Part shown: piece by piece, positions 62,692 through 64,000 of the stretch
How the letters are laid out: the number at the start of each line of letters is the position of its first letter
Position numbering within the stretch: position 1 is the stretch's first letter
Origin: Stylophora pistillata
Taxonomy: Eukaryota
Assembly: GCF_002571385.2 (NCBI RefSeq)
Contig: NW_019217832.1
Span: 844,122-908,121, forward strand
Reading direction: 5' to 3'
DNA: 64,000 bases
Position numbers and translations under genes: made by a program
The notes under the pieces: generated by a model
The model's database searches: none
What the model was told of the DNA's origin: nothing
The model's input: only the letters and a program-made list of their open reading frames with translations

Positions 62692-64000
62692 TTAAAATCC
62701 ACCCATTCCTCCCATACCGCCCATTCCTCCCATTCCACCCATTCCACCCATTCCACCCATGCCAGCCATATCTGCCTTATCATCCTTTGGCTGATCGACA
62801 ATGACTGTTTCCGCTGTGGTCAATAGGGATGCAACACCTGCGGCGTCTGTCACAGCTGTTCTGACAACTTTTGTGGGGTCGATGATTCCTGCTTGGATCA
62901 TGTCTACATAGGTGTTGTTCAAGGCATCATAACCTTGGTTACCTTCCATAGAGGCCACCTTGAAGAGAAAATGCAAAATAACCATGTTGGTTTGAAAAGG
63001 AAAGTGCTTGAAGGAGTGAATGAAAAGAGAAACAGCCAACACAATTTCAGTTGCTCTCCACAAGAGTAGCCTGGCATGATTTTTTCTCACTGAGCGCTGT
63101 GTTGACCTTAAATCAAATCTCACCTTTTCCACCACAAGTGCTGCCTCTACACCTGCATTCTCTGCAATAGTCTGACATGGCTTGCGCAGAGCCCGTCTGA
63201 CAAGGTCTACTCCCTTGCCCTGGTCTTCACTCTCTGTCTTGACATCGTCAAGGCTTGGGATACATCTCAACAAGGCAACACCACCCCCAGGTACAAGACC
63301 TTCTTCCACAGCTGCTCGCGTGGCATTCAAAGCATCTGTTACCCGGTCCTTCTTCTCATTCACTTCTACTTCACTGGAGCCACCAATCTACAAAAAAGAT
63401 GATTGTTAACAACATGTCTGCTATAAACACTCTGACTTAGGAGCGTTGGAGGAGCTCATAAATTTTCAGGGATTGAGGAAGCAGTTCTTTGGAGAGGCTT
63501 ATAAAAAAATCTCAGGCCGAGCCAAAACGTAATTATTTGATTTTTTCTCATCTGCACTGTTACCTAGAATATCATTTGCATTTCTTTAGTTGAAGAACCC
63601 ATCATAATTTACACAGAATATAATTATTACAGGCTTTTAGTTATGATATTTTGAACTGAAATGCACCATGACCTAAATGACAACTAATATCTAACAAGAT
63701 TTATTTTGGGAAGAGAGGGAAGTGGAGATTTTAGAAAAGTGGAGCATATTTCAAATTTGACACTCTAAATAGAAGGAAAATTAGAGCCTACACTGTAGGC
63801 AAGAAAACCATTGTGAAGATTAGAATTTAGGACAATAATTATAATGTTACATTAAGCCTATAAGGCTGATAATGAGAAGAAAGTAACTTATCTACTTGGG
63901 AAAATCCCTTTTGTATGACAATATCTTCAAAAAAATGATTTATTATTACAGGCAAATCAAGTGTTCATCTTCTCACCTTTAAGATAGCAACACCATCAGA
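62692..64000 (-). CDS. HSPD1: Mitochondrial chaperonin HSP60, 3' part (5' end outside window)
   Basis: Exons 64000-63977 (SDGVAILK), 63387-63124 ([36 protein letters not shown]), 62958-62692 ([15 protein letters not shown] repeats). Confidence 0.97.

Overview
Eukaryotic, intron-rich, AT-rich animal DNA. The gene and repeat content suggests a stony coral or other cnidarian (inference). There are two N-gaps (6819-7254, 32452-32749) and a single N at 35547. Genes assembled by hand from GT-AG exons: an intronless ENPP (-), a disrupted ENPP paralog (+), a C2orf76/UPF0538 homolog (-), a BTB(T1)-TLDc gene (+), CREB (-), BBS12 (-), COQ10 (+), LRRC46 (+), WIP/verprolin (-) and the 3' end of HSP60 (-). 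Introns and spacers carry many mobile elements: a Penelope-like fragment with a hammerhead ribozyme nested in a Tc2/pogo-type element, five short hammerhead-bearing retroelements with TSDs, tRNA-SINEs, LINE tails, Crypton-like remnants and MITEs. Most notable observations: (1) a second intact pair of WIP 3' exons, which could give an alternative C-terminus or a stand-alone ~70-aa WASP-binding microprotein; (2) a TSD-flanked, mostly inverted-arm hammerhead retroelement family with a variant catalytic core; (3) one SINE body with four different tails; (4) a dense CRE cluster over the CREB promoter; (5) deep synteny with vertebrate HOX-bearing chromosomes; (6) an orphan SLC9A8 exon inside a COQ10 intron. 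No rRNA, true tRNA or CRISPR was seen. All calls come from reading the sequence; no searches were run.
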